Shown here piece after piece: positions 27,701 through 44,100 of a stretch of 64,000 nucleotides of DNA. Made by a program: the position numbers and the translations under genes. The first letter of the stretch is position 1. Each line of letters opens with the position of its first letter. The notes beneath the pieces are model-generated. The model saw only the letters and a list, made by a program, of their open reading frames with translations, had not been told where the DNA came from and searched no databases. Source of the DNA: Macrostomum lignano (Eukaryota); the NCBI GenBank assembly GCA_002269645.1, contig NIVC01001326.1, positions 181,708 to 245,707 on the forward strand. The letters run 5' to 3'.

Positions 27701-28283
27701 TAGATCACTGCTGTCTACCGACTCTCCTCAGTAGATCACTGCTGTCTACCGACTCCCCTCAGTAGATCACTGCTGTCTACCGACTCCCCTCAGTAGATCA
27801 CTGCTGTCTACCGACTCTCCTCAGTAGATCACTGCTGTCTACCGACTCCCCTCAGTAGATCACTGCTGTCTACCGACTCTCCTCAGTAGATCACTGCTGT
27901 CTACCGACTCCTTCAGGCTTCAGCTTCAAAATTTTACCATATCTATAGTCTATAGTTCAAACCAATACAAGCCAACAAACAAACAAAAATTTAGCATTCT
28001 GTATCAGATTAAACATGAGTCAGGCCCGAGGGATTTATGAAAATAACTCCCGAAAAAGGCATGTGTAATCTCGTATAAACCATAGACATTAAGACTTTGC
28101 GGTATATTATTGAATATTACCAAATAAAATCCCGGAGAACGCAAATATTGTCACGGAAAGTCTTTATTTCTATGGATTATAAATGAAAAAAGCAAGCGTA
28201 TTCGTAGTTGACTTACTCTGTCTGAGCAGCCAGCCAGCTTTCATGATTTGAAAGCACTGACTTGTTGCACCTCCGTGGGCCAT
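24751..28283 (-). CDS. PLEKHB2: PH-domain protein, PLEKHB/evectin-like. Exons 28283-28217 and 25388-24751.
   Basis: The spliced product MKAGWLLRQ|SDILHRWKKCWTVIYANGDLKYFES...PPDG...FCADDPDDADAW matches the evectin PH domain. It continues into a PPPPPY-rich linker and a C-terminal hydrophobic anchor (AALGFAAGALLFSPFLWWP). Phase-1 intron GTAAGT..GGCAG. The symbol reflects family similarity only. Confidence 0.88.
25431..27910. repeat. 31-bp minisatellite, about 80 copies, in the PLEKHB intron
   Basis: Unit CTGTCTACCGACTCTCCTCAGTAGATCACTG, with CCCC/CTCC and GATTACAG/GATCACTG variants. Confidence 0.97.
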
Positions 28284-28956
28284 TTCTCGATGCCAAAGAT
28301 TAGCAGAGCTTTGCTTGCAAAAGAGTGAAAGTTGGTTGTAGTTGCGTTTTTTGTGTCGATACAAAAGCTGCGTTGGCTTGCTCTTGACTTAGGCCTCTTA
28401 ACTCTTATATGAATTCTTATCGGAGAGACGGAAATGCAAGCAAACTGGCGGTGCACAACTTTGCGTCGCTCACGCTTTCTAGAAATTTCTAAACCAGTTC
28501 GTCCGCGGAGAGAACCGATCAATAGACTCCTGTACACGCGCTAAAAATAGAATCCCTCGGGTGAACAAGTCATGTGACTATGAATGTGCGTGCATTGGTT
28601 ACGTACGCACTCGCTTGTCATCATTACTTCTTTTCTCTCTCTCGACTCCGTACACGTAGTGCGTACGTAGTAGTTAAAACAAGCCATAACTGAGTTCGGA
28701 TTTGAGATGAAATTATTATGTGATTTTAAAAGTCGAAATAGATAAACGGTATTTTAAAAAGGTTAGATTTTTGCGTAAATTCAGAATGATTTTTGATATA
28801 CCGGAACCATAAAAACTGTTAATAACACCGTCAGCTGTTGAAATGTGAACTTCTTGTAATGATTGTATGGTTTAATTTATGATTATGATTTTCAATACGT
28901 AGCGAACTCTTATCTGTGCTGGTGAGTGAATTTTATACCGATGGGGATCATAAATA

Positions 28957-29120
28957 GCTCTGTGGCTCAAATGTTATCGCATGGTCCGAAACTGGAGCCA
29001 AAGTACCCGGGTTCGTATCTTCATTGTGCGTCCGCATTAATTTGGGGCTATAGTCAAGCCCACTGTACACCCAGCGTGAGCGCGTGCCCACTCGCGTGTT
29101 CGTGCTCAGGGGTCTCAGCG
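28957..29120 (+). mobile_element. tRNA-derived SINE, older or diverged copy
   Basis: A-box-like TGGCTCAAATG (28963) and B-box-like GGGTTCGTATC (29009), then CGCATTAATTTGGGGCTA and CTGTACAC..GTGAGCG shared with the 20.9 kb copy. Confidence 0.6.
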
Positions 29121-30611
29121 GAATGCTCCCTGTGGACTAACAACGAAGCTTATAAGGAACTAGGATGCTTCTTAAAAAGTGGATGAATTTTTCAATAATG
29201 GCTACTTTTTTATCTCAACAGTAGTATACTCGTGACCTGCTCATTGTTCATGTTTTGGCTGCAGTCTGATTTGCAAACCGCGCAGCTGTGAGCGACTGTA
29301 GGCTGATTCATATGCATTGGCTGAACAGCCAGCTCTTCATCCATTCAGCTGAGTAGGCCCGTGGCCAATAGGGACCCCTATGGCCAGCCTCCTGGTGGCG
29401 CATAAATCCGTCGGCCGCTCCGCGGGGAAGATTCGCTGCCATCCCGAACCAAGAAATAACCGACTTCATACTTGCGCGCGCTTTGACATTCGTCTCCTTA
29501 TTTGCGTTGAATTCCCTCGAGGACTTCCTGCATCGCCGAGCGACACGATTGGAAAATTACCGGTCAAGAAAGTTTGGTAAGCAAAGCAAATTGACCGCGT
29601 CGCAGTGAGGGTTCCGGAGATTAAGATCGCGCTGGATCCGGACCCGGCTCCGAAGCGCTGTTAGTTTACTCAAAGCTTCGTGCTCACTTTCGACTCTTGG
29701 ATTTCTGGGGGGGGGGAAGGAGCATTCCTCCAAGTCATGTCAGAATGTCATCTGACTAATGAGTTTTCTGCTGCTTTAACTTGGGCGGAACTCTTCCCGA
29801 CCTCCAGATTTTGCTTGAGTCCCGAAGAAATACTCTCAGTTTTCCAGTTAACTGCTTGAGACTAATTATTCCAATTATAATTTTTTGGCAGGTAAAATCA
29901 GCCCATTGAGACTACACGATGTCCAAGACTCTCTGCATCCAGCTCTGCATTGTGATTGGTAAGCGCAGCTCGATTTGCAACGAAAATTCCTATCACATTG
30001 TATTGCTAAAAAGTGACCAGTAACCTGACAGATGCCGCGTCTCTTCCAGAAGAAAATGCGATTAGTGTTTTTGTTTATATTTAGGAAAGAGGGATTGTCA
30101 ACCCCTCGGGGTTTCGGCAATCAGTCCTGCTCCAAATCTGTGGGAATACTTTCTTAGATTAAAGATGGAAAAGATGTCGAAGCTCCATCGCTCCCTGCAG
30201 CCTGTACTGCGCAGCGATAGCACGAGCAACATTTTAAGAGTGATGTAGAACTGACATGCAGACTCTCCATGAATAACTAACTTAGTTGAGTTGTTGCACT
30301 GGCTCCTCTGATTGATGACTATTAAAAAGTTTACACTGGGTACGTGGAGTTTTCCAGTCTCACTTTGAATTCTCACATGACACAAAATCGAACTTTCTCC
30401 CTACATGCATAGGTCTCAGTCGTTTAGATAGGACGTACTTGAACATTCTGCAGGAGGCTGTGGATGCTGCCTTTAACTTCTGAGCACATCCCGCACGTCC
30501 GTGAGCACGCACACGCACGAATGTTGTTACAATTTACCTTGATTTTCTCATCCTCAGGCCAAGTGCGTAAACTTTGCGCCTTGGGGTCCTCCTTGAGCCT
30601 AAATCACGCCA

Positions 30612-31820
30612 GTGCGAGTGTCAGTGCGATTGTCAGTGCGATTGTCAGTGCGAGTGTCAGTGCGAGTGTCAGTGCGAGTGTCAGTGCGAGTGCGAGTGCG
30701 AGTGTCAGTGCGAGTGTCAGTGCGAGTGTCAGTGCGAGTGTCAGTGCGAGTGTCAGTGCGAGTGTCAGTGCGAGTGTCAGTGCGAGTGTCAGTGCGAGTG
30801 TCAGTGCGAGTGTCAGTGCGAGTGTCAGTGCGAGTGTCAGTGCGAGTGTCAGTGCGAGCGTCAGTGCGAGTGTCAGTGCGAGTGTCAGTGCGAGTGTCAG
30901 TGCGAGTGTCAGTGCGAGTGTCAGTGCGAGTGTCAGTGCGATTGTCAGTGCGAGTGTCAGTGCGAGTGTCAGTGCGAGTGTCAGTGCGAGTGTCAGTGCG
31001 ATTGTCAGTGCGAGTGTCAGTGCGAGTGTCAGTGCGAGTGTCAGTGCGAGTGTCAGTGCGAGTGTCAGTGCGAGTGTCAGTGCGAGTGTCAGTGCGAGTG
31101 CGAGTGCGAGTGTCAGTGCGAGTGTCAGTGCGAGTGTCAGTGCGAGTGTCAGTGCGAGTGTCAGTGCGAGTGTCAGTGCGAGTGTCAGTGCGAGTGTCAG
31201 TGCGAGTGTCAGTGCGAGTGTCAGTGCGAGTGTCAGTGCGAGTGTCAGTGCGAGTGTCAGTGCGAGCGTCAGTGCGAGTGTCAGTGCGAGTGTCAGTGCG
31301 AGTGTCAGTGCGAGTGTCAGTGCGAGTGTCAGTGCGAGTGTCAGTGCGATTGTCAGTGCGAGTGTCAGTGCGAGTGTCAGTGCGAGTGTCAGTGCGAGTG
31401 TCAGTGCGATTGTCAGTGCGAGTGTCAGTGCGAGTGTCAGTGCGAGTGTCAGTGCGAGTGTCAGTGCGAGTGTCAGTGCGAGTGTCAGTGCGAGTGTCAG
31501 TGCGAGTGTCAGTGCGATTGTCAGTGCGAGTGCGAGTGCGAGTGTCAGTGCGAGTGTCAGTGCGAGTGTCAGTGCGAGTGTCAGCGCGAGTGTCAGTGCG
31601 AGTGTCAGTGCGAGTGTCAGTGTGAGTGCGAGTGTCAGTGCGATTGTCAGCGCGAGTGTCAGTGCGAGTGTCAGTGCGAGTGTCAGTGCGAGTGTCAGTG
31701 TGAGTGCGAGTGTCAGTGCGATTGTCAGCGCGAGTGTCAGTGCGAGTGTCAGTGCGAGTGTCAGTACGAGCGTCAGTGCGAGTGTCAGTGCGAGCGTCAG
31801 TGCGAGTGCGAGTGCCAGTG
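30612..31820. repeat. 12-bp minisatellite (TCAGTGCGAGTG)n, about 100 copies
   Basis: Directly visible. It generates spurious ORFs in four frames. Confidence 0.97.
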
Positions 31821-32580
31821 ATTTCAAAATAAAGCTATCCATATGTCAGATCATGTTGCAGTCACATCAGAGATGCTAAAAATAGCATTCCAAAACCGAG
31901 TTTTGCTGCAGCATGCAGGCAATCCCATATGATTAATTAATAAGTCAGTCACATAATTTCTTCAGCTTTTTGGAAAACGTTTGGAGAACGGCAAGAATGT
32001 GTGGGTGAATCACATGCCGCTTTGTTCATCAAGATTTTTAACAAAAATGCAAAATCTTAGCTCAATTTTAATCGCTTCAAATGATGAGGGCACAGCAACT
32101 GGCTCCCACCCACCTGCCTCCGTCAGCCAGCTCAAACAGAGCACAGTACCGCTCAATCAGTCAGTTGACTTGCCTAGCACAATATGGCAGCTGCTGAGTG
32201 CCCAGGAAATTTGACATGAAGAGGGCTATACCCCATGGCTTAGTGTATAGGTGTGAGTTGCTTTGAGTAAAAAATAATAGATTCCAATCAGTTTGATAGG
32301 AAGGCTGATAGAGACAGGGAGCAGAGAAGAGTTTACCTGGCAGCTCATGGGCTACCATTAATAGATTGGCTCTGACTATTAGAAATTATAATAGAGACAG
32401 AGGTAGATATGGGAGAGGAGAGACAGGAAGGCTGCAAGTAGGGTACAAGTAGAGTTTGTCTTGAGTTGAAATCCGATATGTATAGTTAGTAATTTTACTA
32501 GTAATTATAGTTAGTAATAATATACTGAATTGTATGAAACCATTAAAAACTGAAAAGCCAACGTCAGCTTGAAACCGGCA

Positions 32581-36882
<4,302 letters not shown>

Positions 36883-37040
36883 TGACGCCGGCCTGATGGA
36901 AAAACAGTTGACTCACTCTCCTCCATCAATATCTACATTAAGCTGCTCTGATATTGAAACTAATTGGTAGACAATAAAACCCTTCTCTACTATGCTTCAC
37001 CTCTAAATCTGTCTTGGATGAATTAGTGCGAATATTTTAT

Positions 37041-37250
37041 AGCCAATCGGAATCGAGCTGGAGGAGAGATTCTGGAGTGAGGTGGGTGATCGGAGGGGTA
37101 GAAGTTGTTTAACTGAATGCTACAAAACGCAAGAGCCACAGCCAATTAGAATCGAGCTGGTGAAGGGATTCTCTAGTGAGGTGGGTGATTGGAAAGGGGG
37201 TAGAAGTTTTTAAACTGAATGTTAAAACGCAGGAGCACCGTAGCCAATAG
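37041..37250. repeat. Diverged ~98-bp tandem duplication
   Basis: AGCCAAT..GAATCGAGCTGG..GATTCT..AGTGAGGTGGGTGAT..GGGGTAGAAGTT..AACTGAATG..AAAACGCA occurs twice. Confidence 0.8.
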
Positions 37251-39129
37251 GCTATAAAATACACAGAGAACAGAACGCAAATATTCATCCAAAGACAGAA
37301 ATTCAGTCTAGTGTTGCCCCCTCCACAGAAAAGTAACATACAGTACAAGCAATCTAGCAAACATCTACCACCAAATTCTTAAACAACCCGGAGCAGTGAA
37401 AATCTAAACCATTCAAATAAATATAATATTTTTGTTGACCAGCTTTGCTTCTGTATCCTGGACAACGCGCGGCAAATTAAAATATTTAAAAAATCAACAC
37501 AGTGCATTGAAAACACTATGGAGTTGCCTTCAGTTTGCTCGCTGTCGGGGTGATGTGCGGCGAGCCCAAAGACTCTCTGAGAAGTAAATAAATGTAACAA
37601 ACCTAAGGTCCCGAGACAAAGGTTCCCCGTCAGTTCTCTGCTGTTCCCACAATTCTCAAAGGGTCTGGAGTGTCTTGAGAAAAATTCTGGAAAGTGCAGC
37701 ACATTCGACTCGCGTCAACTTCAACGACACTGTATACATGTACAGCTGCGGACTGGCAAAACAGGCATCATTAGTCATCTGGCAGCAGCCGGGATTCGCA
37801 GCTGGTGTTTATCGGAGGAGAAGCCAGCCATGACTCGGAAAAAAGAACTTTTTTCCCTGAAGTGCGACGTCCTCCTGAAACGTTAACCCAATTAGGCCAG
37901 AAATTTTCAGACAAAAACTGAGGAAAAAAGACTTTTCTTAGCTGTGTGCCATTTTCAAGTGTCAGTTTCACGTCCTGGAAGCTGTTTTGTTGCAAATGAG
38001 CAAATACAGCTTGTCTTTAGGGCTCTCTTCCTACCTAGCAACTCGAAAAAGACGTCATGGAAATGACAAAAAATGTCTGGAAAAATTCTCGCGAAAGAGA
38101 AATAGCTGAGCAAGGAAGGCTACCGGGAATAACACGAGTGCTCAAGATGTCTGGAAAAGTGTCTGCAGCAGTCGAAATCCTTGGTATCTATGTTTTCTGA
38201 ATGAATTTTTGTCAATTACTTTTTTTCCCAGGATCAGAATTGCTGCGTCAAGACGAAGCTCTAAAAAAACGTTGGCACATTGGCATGCACTTGACTGGCG
38301 CATCAAGGGTTTTCCAACGAGGGTCAATAAAGGAGGGTCCACGAGCTGCCTGCAAGGAGTGGTCGAGCTGTCCCGAGCAGGAAAGACTCTCCAACTGAGG
38401 ATAATCATTAAAATGATTGAAAAAAGAAAAGTGTTCTCAACGGGCTCTTGGTGGCTGGAGACAGGCTAATTAAAAGCATTGATCGAGACGGCTAAAAGAT
38501 TGTAAGTGGGAAGCTGGACACCAGATGCAGCTAATCTCAGGAAAAATCTTGCTCAGTTCCCACCCATGCCATTGCTGTTGCTCAAAACATCAGTCAGTTG
38601 ATTTCGTCGAAATTTCCATGAATAGTTGATTTTGAGAGCGCAAGCGCGCGAAATGAATTCGATTTAAACAAAAAATGTGATCAGAAATATTCTTGAATGT
38701 AACATTTTTATAATCAATACTTTTATCCAATTTTGGTGGTTACTAACCAGTGAATGATAGCGAGTTTATGATACCAGCATGCACCAATAAAACGCGAATA
38801 TTCCTGGGAGGAATCACGTGACTAACTAATTCAATTGTCTGTGGCGATGTGAGGTTGTCCACGTTACCGGGAGTCACGTGACGCACACAAAAAACAGCCA
38901 TTAGAATCAGCCACGTCGACTGAAGTGGGCGACGATCAGGTCGGCATTGCCGGCTATGCTCAGCCCGGAGACTCGGCCCCACAGCGACTGCAGCTGGTCC
39001 CGAGTCGCTTGAAACACCGGCCGGTGGCAGATGAATATCTGGGGGCGGGGGGGAGTTGGATGCGGTGCTTGGCGAAATACAGTGAGTCTAGTGCACAACT
39101 CCTATTGATTGATGGTAATTTTGTACTCA

Positions 39130-39722
39130 CTCGTGAACTCACTCATGAACTCACTCATGAACTCACCCATGAACTCACTCATGAACTCACCCATGAACTC
39201 ACTCATGAACTCACCCATGAACTCACTCATGAACTCACTCATGAACTCACTCATGAACTCACTCATGAACTCACTCATGAACTCACTCATGAACTCACTC
39301 ATGAACTCACTCATGAACTCACTCATGAACTCACCCATGAACTCACTCATGAACTCACTCATGAACTCACTCATGAACTCACTCATGAACTCACTCATGA
39401 ACTCACTCATGAACTCACTCATGAACTCACTCATGAACTCACTCATAAACTCACTCATGAACTCACCCATGAACTCACTCATGAACTCACCCATGAACTC
39501 ACTCATAAACTCACTCATGAACTCACTCATGAACTCACTCATGAACTCACTCATGAACTCACTCATGAACTCTCTCATAAACTCACTCATGAACTCACTC
39601 ATAAACTCACTCATAAACTCACACTCATGAACTCACTCATAAACTCACTCATGAACTCACTCATAAACTCACTCATGAACTCACTCATGAACTCACGAAC
39701 TCATGAACTCACTCATGAACTC
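39130..39722. repeat. 12-bp minisatellite (TCATGAACTCAC)n
   Basis: Directly visible. Confidence 0.97.
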
Positions 39723-40464
39723 ATACTCATAAACGGAATCCCTTTATCAGTGGTTCATTCATTCAACTCAAAAACTAAGATACTCCATCGCAGGGTTGCA
39801 GGCTGGGTCCACAAGTGCGTCAGTAAGCGACTTCAGAAGACCCGTCTCAATGGGGGGGTCTCTCCTGACAGGAAGCTGCCAATCTCCGCTCCCGCTGTAG
39901 CGAGCCAAAGGAAAAAGATTCTGCTCGAGAGGACTCCACGAAAGTGTCGCATTCTAAAGGGGAAGCAGCATTTCTAGGAAAACGGAAGAAGGCGGAGAGG
40001 CCGGAAGCTTGCCAACTTTTTCTCGCCCCCGATCCCATTATCCACTTGGCAGTCTTTCGGGAAGTCGACGACGCGTCGTCAGGCTTCAGAGGCGACCGTG
40101 GCACGCAGAGGCTGAATTCTATCTGGGCAAGAAGCCCTCCACCAGCCTCCGCAGCCGGTTCCCCCGGCTTGGCTGGCTTTGTGTATTTTTGTTCGATAAT
40201 TTCCCTCTGAAAACTGGCGCGGCAGACTCCAATTGTTTGCTCAAATATGCGTTAACTATGAGCCTGGCATGCATTGCACTGTTGGCGTTTGCATATTTTA
40301 ACAATTTGTAACTAAGATTTTAATTTGACTTATTTTGCACCCGAAAATAGCCTTGATGTCATCAGAAATGTCAAGGATGTGTTGCAGTTACGGATACGAG
40401 TGCGCTGCAAACTACAGGAAGACCTGAGCAGAGTAAGAGGATCTTAACATATAGAGATCGGTGC

Positions 40465-41080
40465 TTGAAGTGAGGTAGACTGGAGTGAGGTAGACTGGAG
40501 TGAGGTAGACTGGAGTGAGGTAGACTGGAGTGAGGTAGATTGGAGTGAGGTAGACTGGAGTGAGGTAGACTGGAGTGAGGTAGACTGGAGTGAGGTAGAG
40601 TAGAGTGAGGTAGATTGGAGTGAGGTAGACTGGAGTGAGGTAGATTGGAGGGAGATAGATTGCAGTGAGGTAGACTGGAGTGAGGTAGACTGGAGTGAGG
40701 TAGACTGGAGTGAGGTAGACTGAAGTCAGGTAGACTGAAGTGAGGTAGATTGGAGGGAGGTAGATTGGAGTGAGGTTGACTGGAGTGAGGTAGATTGGAG
40801 TGAGGTAGGTTGGAGTGAGGTAGATTGGAGTGAGGTAGATTGGAGTGAGGTTGACTGGAGTGAGGTAGACTGGAGTGAGGTAGACTGGAGTGAGGTAGAT
40901 TGGAGTGAGGTAGGTTGGAGTGAGGTAGATTGGAGTAAGGTAGACTGGAGTGAGGTAGATTGGAGTGAGGTAGACTTGAGTGGGAGATTGTAGTGAGGTA
41001 GATTGTAGTCGAGTTGATTGGAGTGAGTTAGACTGGAGTAATGTAGACGGGGTGAGGTAGGTGAGGAGTGAGGTTGTGTC
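40465..41080. repeat. 15-bp minisatellite (TGAGGTAGACTGGAG)n downstream of galectin exon 5
   Basis: Directly visible. Confidence 0.95.
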
Positions 41081-41100
41081 GACAGTCAGCCAGCCCTCAC

Positions 41101-44100
41101 CCGCATGGCTGTGTCGGTACAGCAGACGCAAATGTCGACATGCCGTCGCCGGTTGAGTCCGATGAGGCTCCAGAGAGAGCAGTCCTTGGTCACCTTAGAT
41201 TCTGAGTGCAGGCTGACGCGGCCCTGGGAGTGGTTAACGTAGAGCTCCAGGTCCACGGCTGGCTGCCCGTCCACCCGGGTGAATGCGATGTTCAGGCTGG
41301 AATAGCGCGACACGGTGTGTGGCTGATGAAGGATAATGGATGCTGTGTGTCTCCGTGTGTCACTCTGGATCTGGATAATGAGAATAACTATCTGGATACT
41401 GAGATTCGCTATCTGGATACTCAGATTCACTATCTGGATAATGAGATTCACTATCTGGATACTGAGATTCACTGTCTGGACAGAGATTCACTATCTGGAC
41501 ACAGAGATTTACTATCTGGACACAGAGATTCACTATCTGGACACACAGATTCACTATCTGGACACAGATTCACTATCTGGACAGAGATTCACTATCTGGA
41601 CAGAGATTCACTATCTGGACACAGAGATTTACTATCTGGACACAGATTCACTATCTGGACAGAGATTTACTATCTGGACACAGAGATTCACTATCTGGAC
41701 ACAGAGATTCACTATCTGGACACAGATTCACTATCTGGACACACAGATTCACTATCTGGACACACAGATTCACTATCTGGACACACAGATTCACTATCTG
41801 GACAGAGATTCACTATCTCGACAGAGATTTACTATCTGGACACAGAGATTCACTATCTGGACACAGAGATTTACTATCTGGACACACAGATTCACTATCT
41901 GGACACAGAGATTCACTATCTGGACACAGAGATTCATTATCTGGACACAGATTCACTATCTGGACACACAGATTCACTATCTGGACACAGAGATTCACTA
42001 TCTGGACAGAGATTCACTATCTGGACACAGATTCACTATCTGGACACAGAGATTCATTATCTGGACAGAGATTCACTATCTGGACAAAGAGATTCACTAT
42101 CTGGACACAGATTCACTGTCTGGACACAGAGATTCACTATATGGACAGAGATTCACTATCTGGACAGAGATTCACTATCTGGACACAGAGATTCACTATC
42201 TGGACACAGAGATTCACTATCTGGACACACAGATTCACTATCTGGACACAGAGATTCACTATCTGGACACAGAGATTCATTATCTGGACACAGATTCACT
42301 ATCTGGACACACAGATTCACTATCTGGACACAGAGATTCACTATCTGGACAGAGATTCACTATCTGGACAGAGATTCACTATCTGGACACAGAGATTCAT
42401 TATCTGGACAGAGATTCACTATCTGGACAAAGAGATTCACTATCTGGACACAGATTCACTGTCTGGACACAGAGATTCACTATATGGACAGAGATTCACT
42501 ATCTGGACACAGAGATTCACTATCTGGACACAGAGATTCACTATCTGGACACAGAGATTCACTATCTGGACACAGAGATTCACTATCTGGACAGCACTCA
42601 CGTCTTGGCCAGAAAGTCAGGTTTCATGGTGATGAGCAGGCAGGCTCCTGCAGAGAAAAACCCGCCACCAGTTTTATCGACACCCTCCAGCGACATTCGG
42701 TAGGGAAGCTGGGGATAAACGGCCGAATAGATGGAGGCTGCTGATGAAGCTGCGGCTTTGTCACTATCTGCTTCGCTGATGGTGAAGCGCAATGGGCTGT
42801 ACTGCAATTGTGGGTGAGTGTGCATTCTCGAATGTGTGGGCCGCATTCCGTGATCGCTCTTCAGGAAGGACTGCCACCGATCTGGGAGAAGGGTTATGAC
42901 CGATGTTCGGGATGGGTTATGAGCGACCTTTAGGATGGGTTATGACCGATGTTCGGGATGGGTTATGAGCGACCTTTAGGATGGGTTATGACCGATGTTC
43001 GGGATGGGTTATGAGCGACCTTTAGGATGGGTTATGACCGATGTTCGGGATGGGTTATGAGCGACCTTTAGGATGGGTTATGACCGATGTTCGGGATGGG
43101 TTATGAGCGACCTTTAGGATGGGTTATGACCGATGTTCGGGATGGGTTATGAGCGACCTTTAGAATGGGTTATGACCGATGTTCGGGATGGGTTATGAGC
43201 GACCTTTAGAATGGGTTATGACCGATGTTCGGGATGGGTTATGAGCGACCTTTAGGATGGGTTATGACCGATGTTCGGGATGGGTTATGAGCGACCTTTA
43301 GAATGGGTTATGACCGATGTTCGGGATGGGTTATGAGCGACCTTTAGAATGGGTTATGAGCAGTCGTGAACAAGGCTGACAAAGGATCGGGAAGAAGGCT
43401 TATAAGCAATCTTTTCGAATTGTTATGAGTAATATTTGGGAAGGGTTTTGAGCAATCTTTGGAAAGGCTTGTGTGCAATATTTGGGAAGGGTTACGAGCG
43501 ATGTGGAGGAAGTGTTAAGCGATGTTGAGCGAGGGTCATAAGCAATGTGGAAGAAGGGTCATAAGCAATGTGGAAGAAGGGTCATAAGCAATGTGGAAGA
43601 AGGGTCATAAGCAATGTGGAAGAAGGGTCATAAGCAATGTGGAAGAAGGGTCATAAGCAATGTGGAAGAAGGGTCATAAGCGATCTGGGATGCAGTCTTA
43701 AATTAACTGTCATGAAGCATCACAGAGGCGCACATGTACCTTATAGTCCACTTCGTAATAAACGGCAGCCAGTTTCAGGCCCCTATAAATGCCAATCGAG
43801 TTCACCGACTCCGCGGGCATCCGGTGGGGAAACGCGGCGAAATGCTCCTCGTTGTAGGATATCTGACAGTGAGGAATACATGGGCTCTGTTAAAATTGGC
43901 TCTTTATTACAGTTGTTTGCTGGCATAAGATACCGCTAGTTGGAACTTTTAACAAGTGAATACCGTGTTCTGTAAAATGGTTGCTACAACTATTTAATCT
44001 AATCAACACCCGTAATCAGCTGACCTCACCTGACCTTAAATAGAATCATATGACCTCGCCTGAACTCACCTAGGCTCACCTAGACTCGCCTAGAATCGCC

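Noticed and set aside
25431-27910. CRISPR-like array: the 31-bp unit has TCTAC...GTAGAT, like the Cas12a repeat stem
   Set aside because: Units are head-to-tail with no unique spacers, there are no cas genes, and the array lies in a spliceosomal intron. It is a minisatellite.
30464-31879. Long ORFs (CECQ metallothionein-like, SASV, LALT, RVSV)
   Set aside because: All are translations of a 12-bp repeat that lacks stops in several frames. There is no unique coding context.
40300-40430. Candidate final galectin exon (CTCAG|GTCTTCCTGTAG...)
   Set aside because: The phase-0 reading gives VFL*, and a galectin-like continuation (FAAHSYP*LQHILDISDDI) contains two stops. I could not choose among acceptors, so the 3' end is left unresolved.
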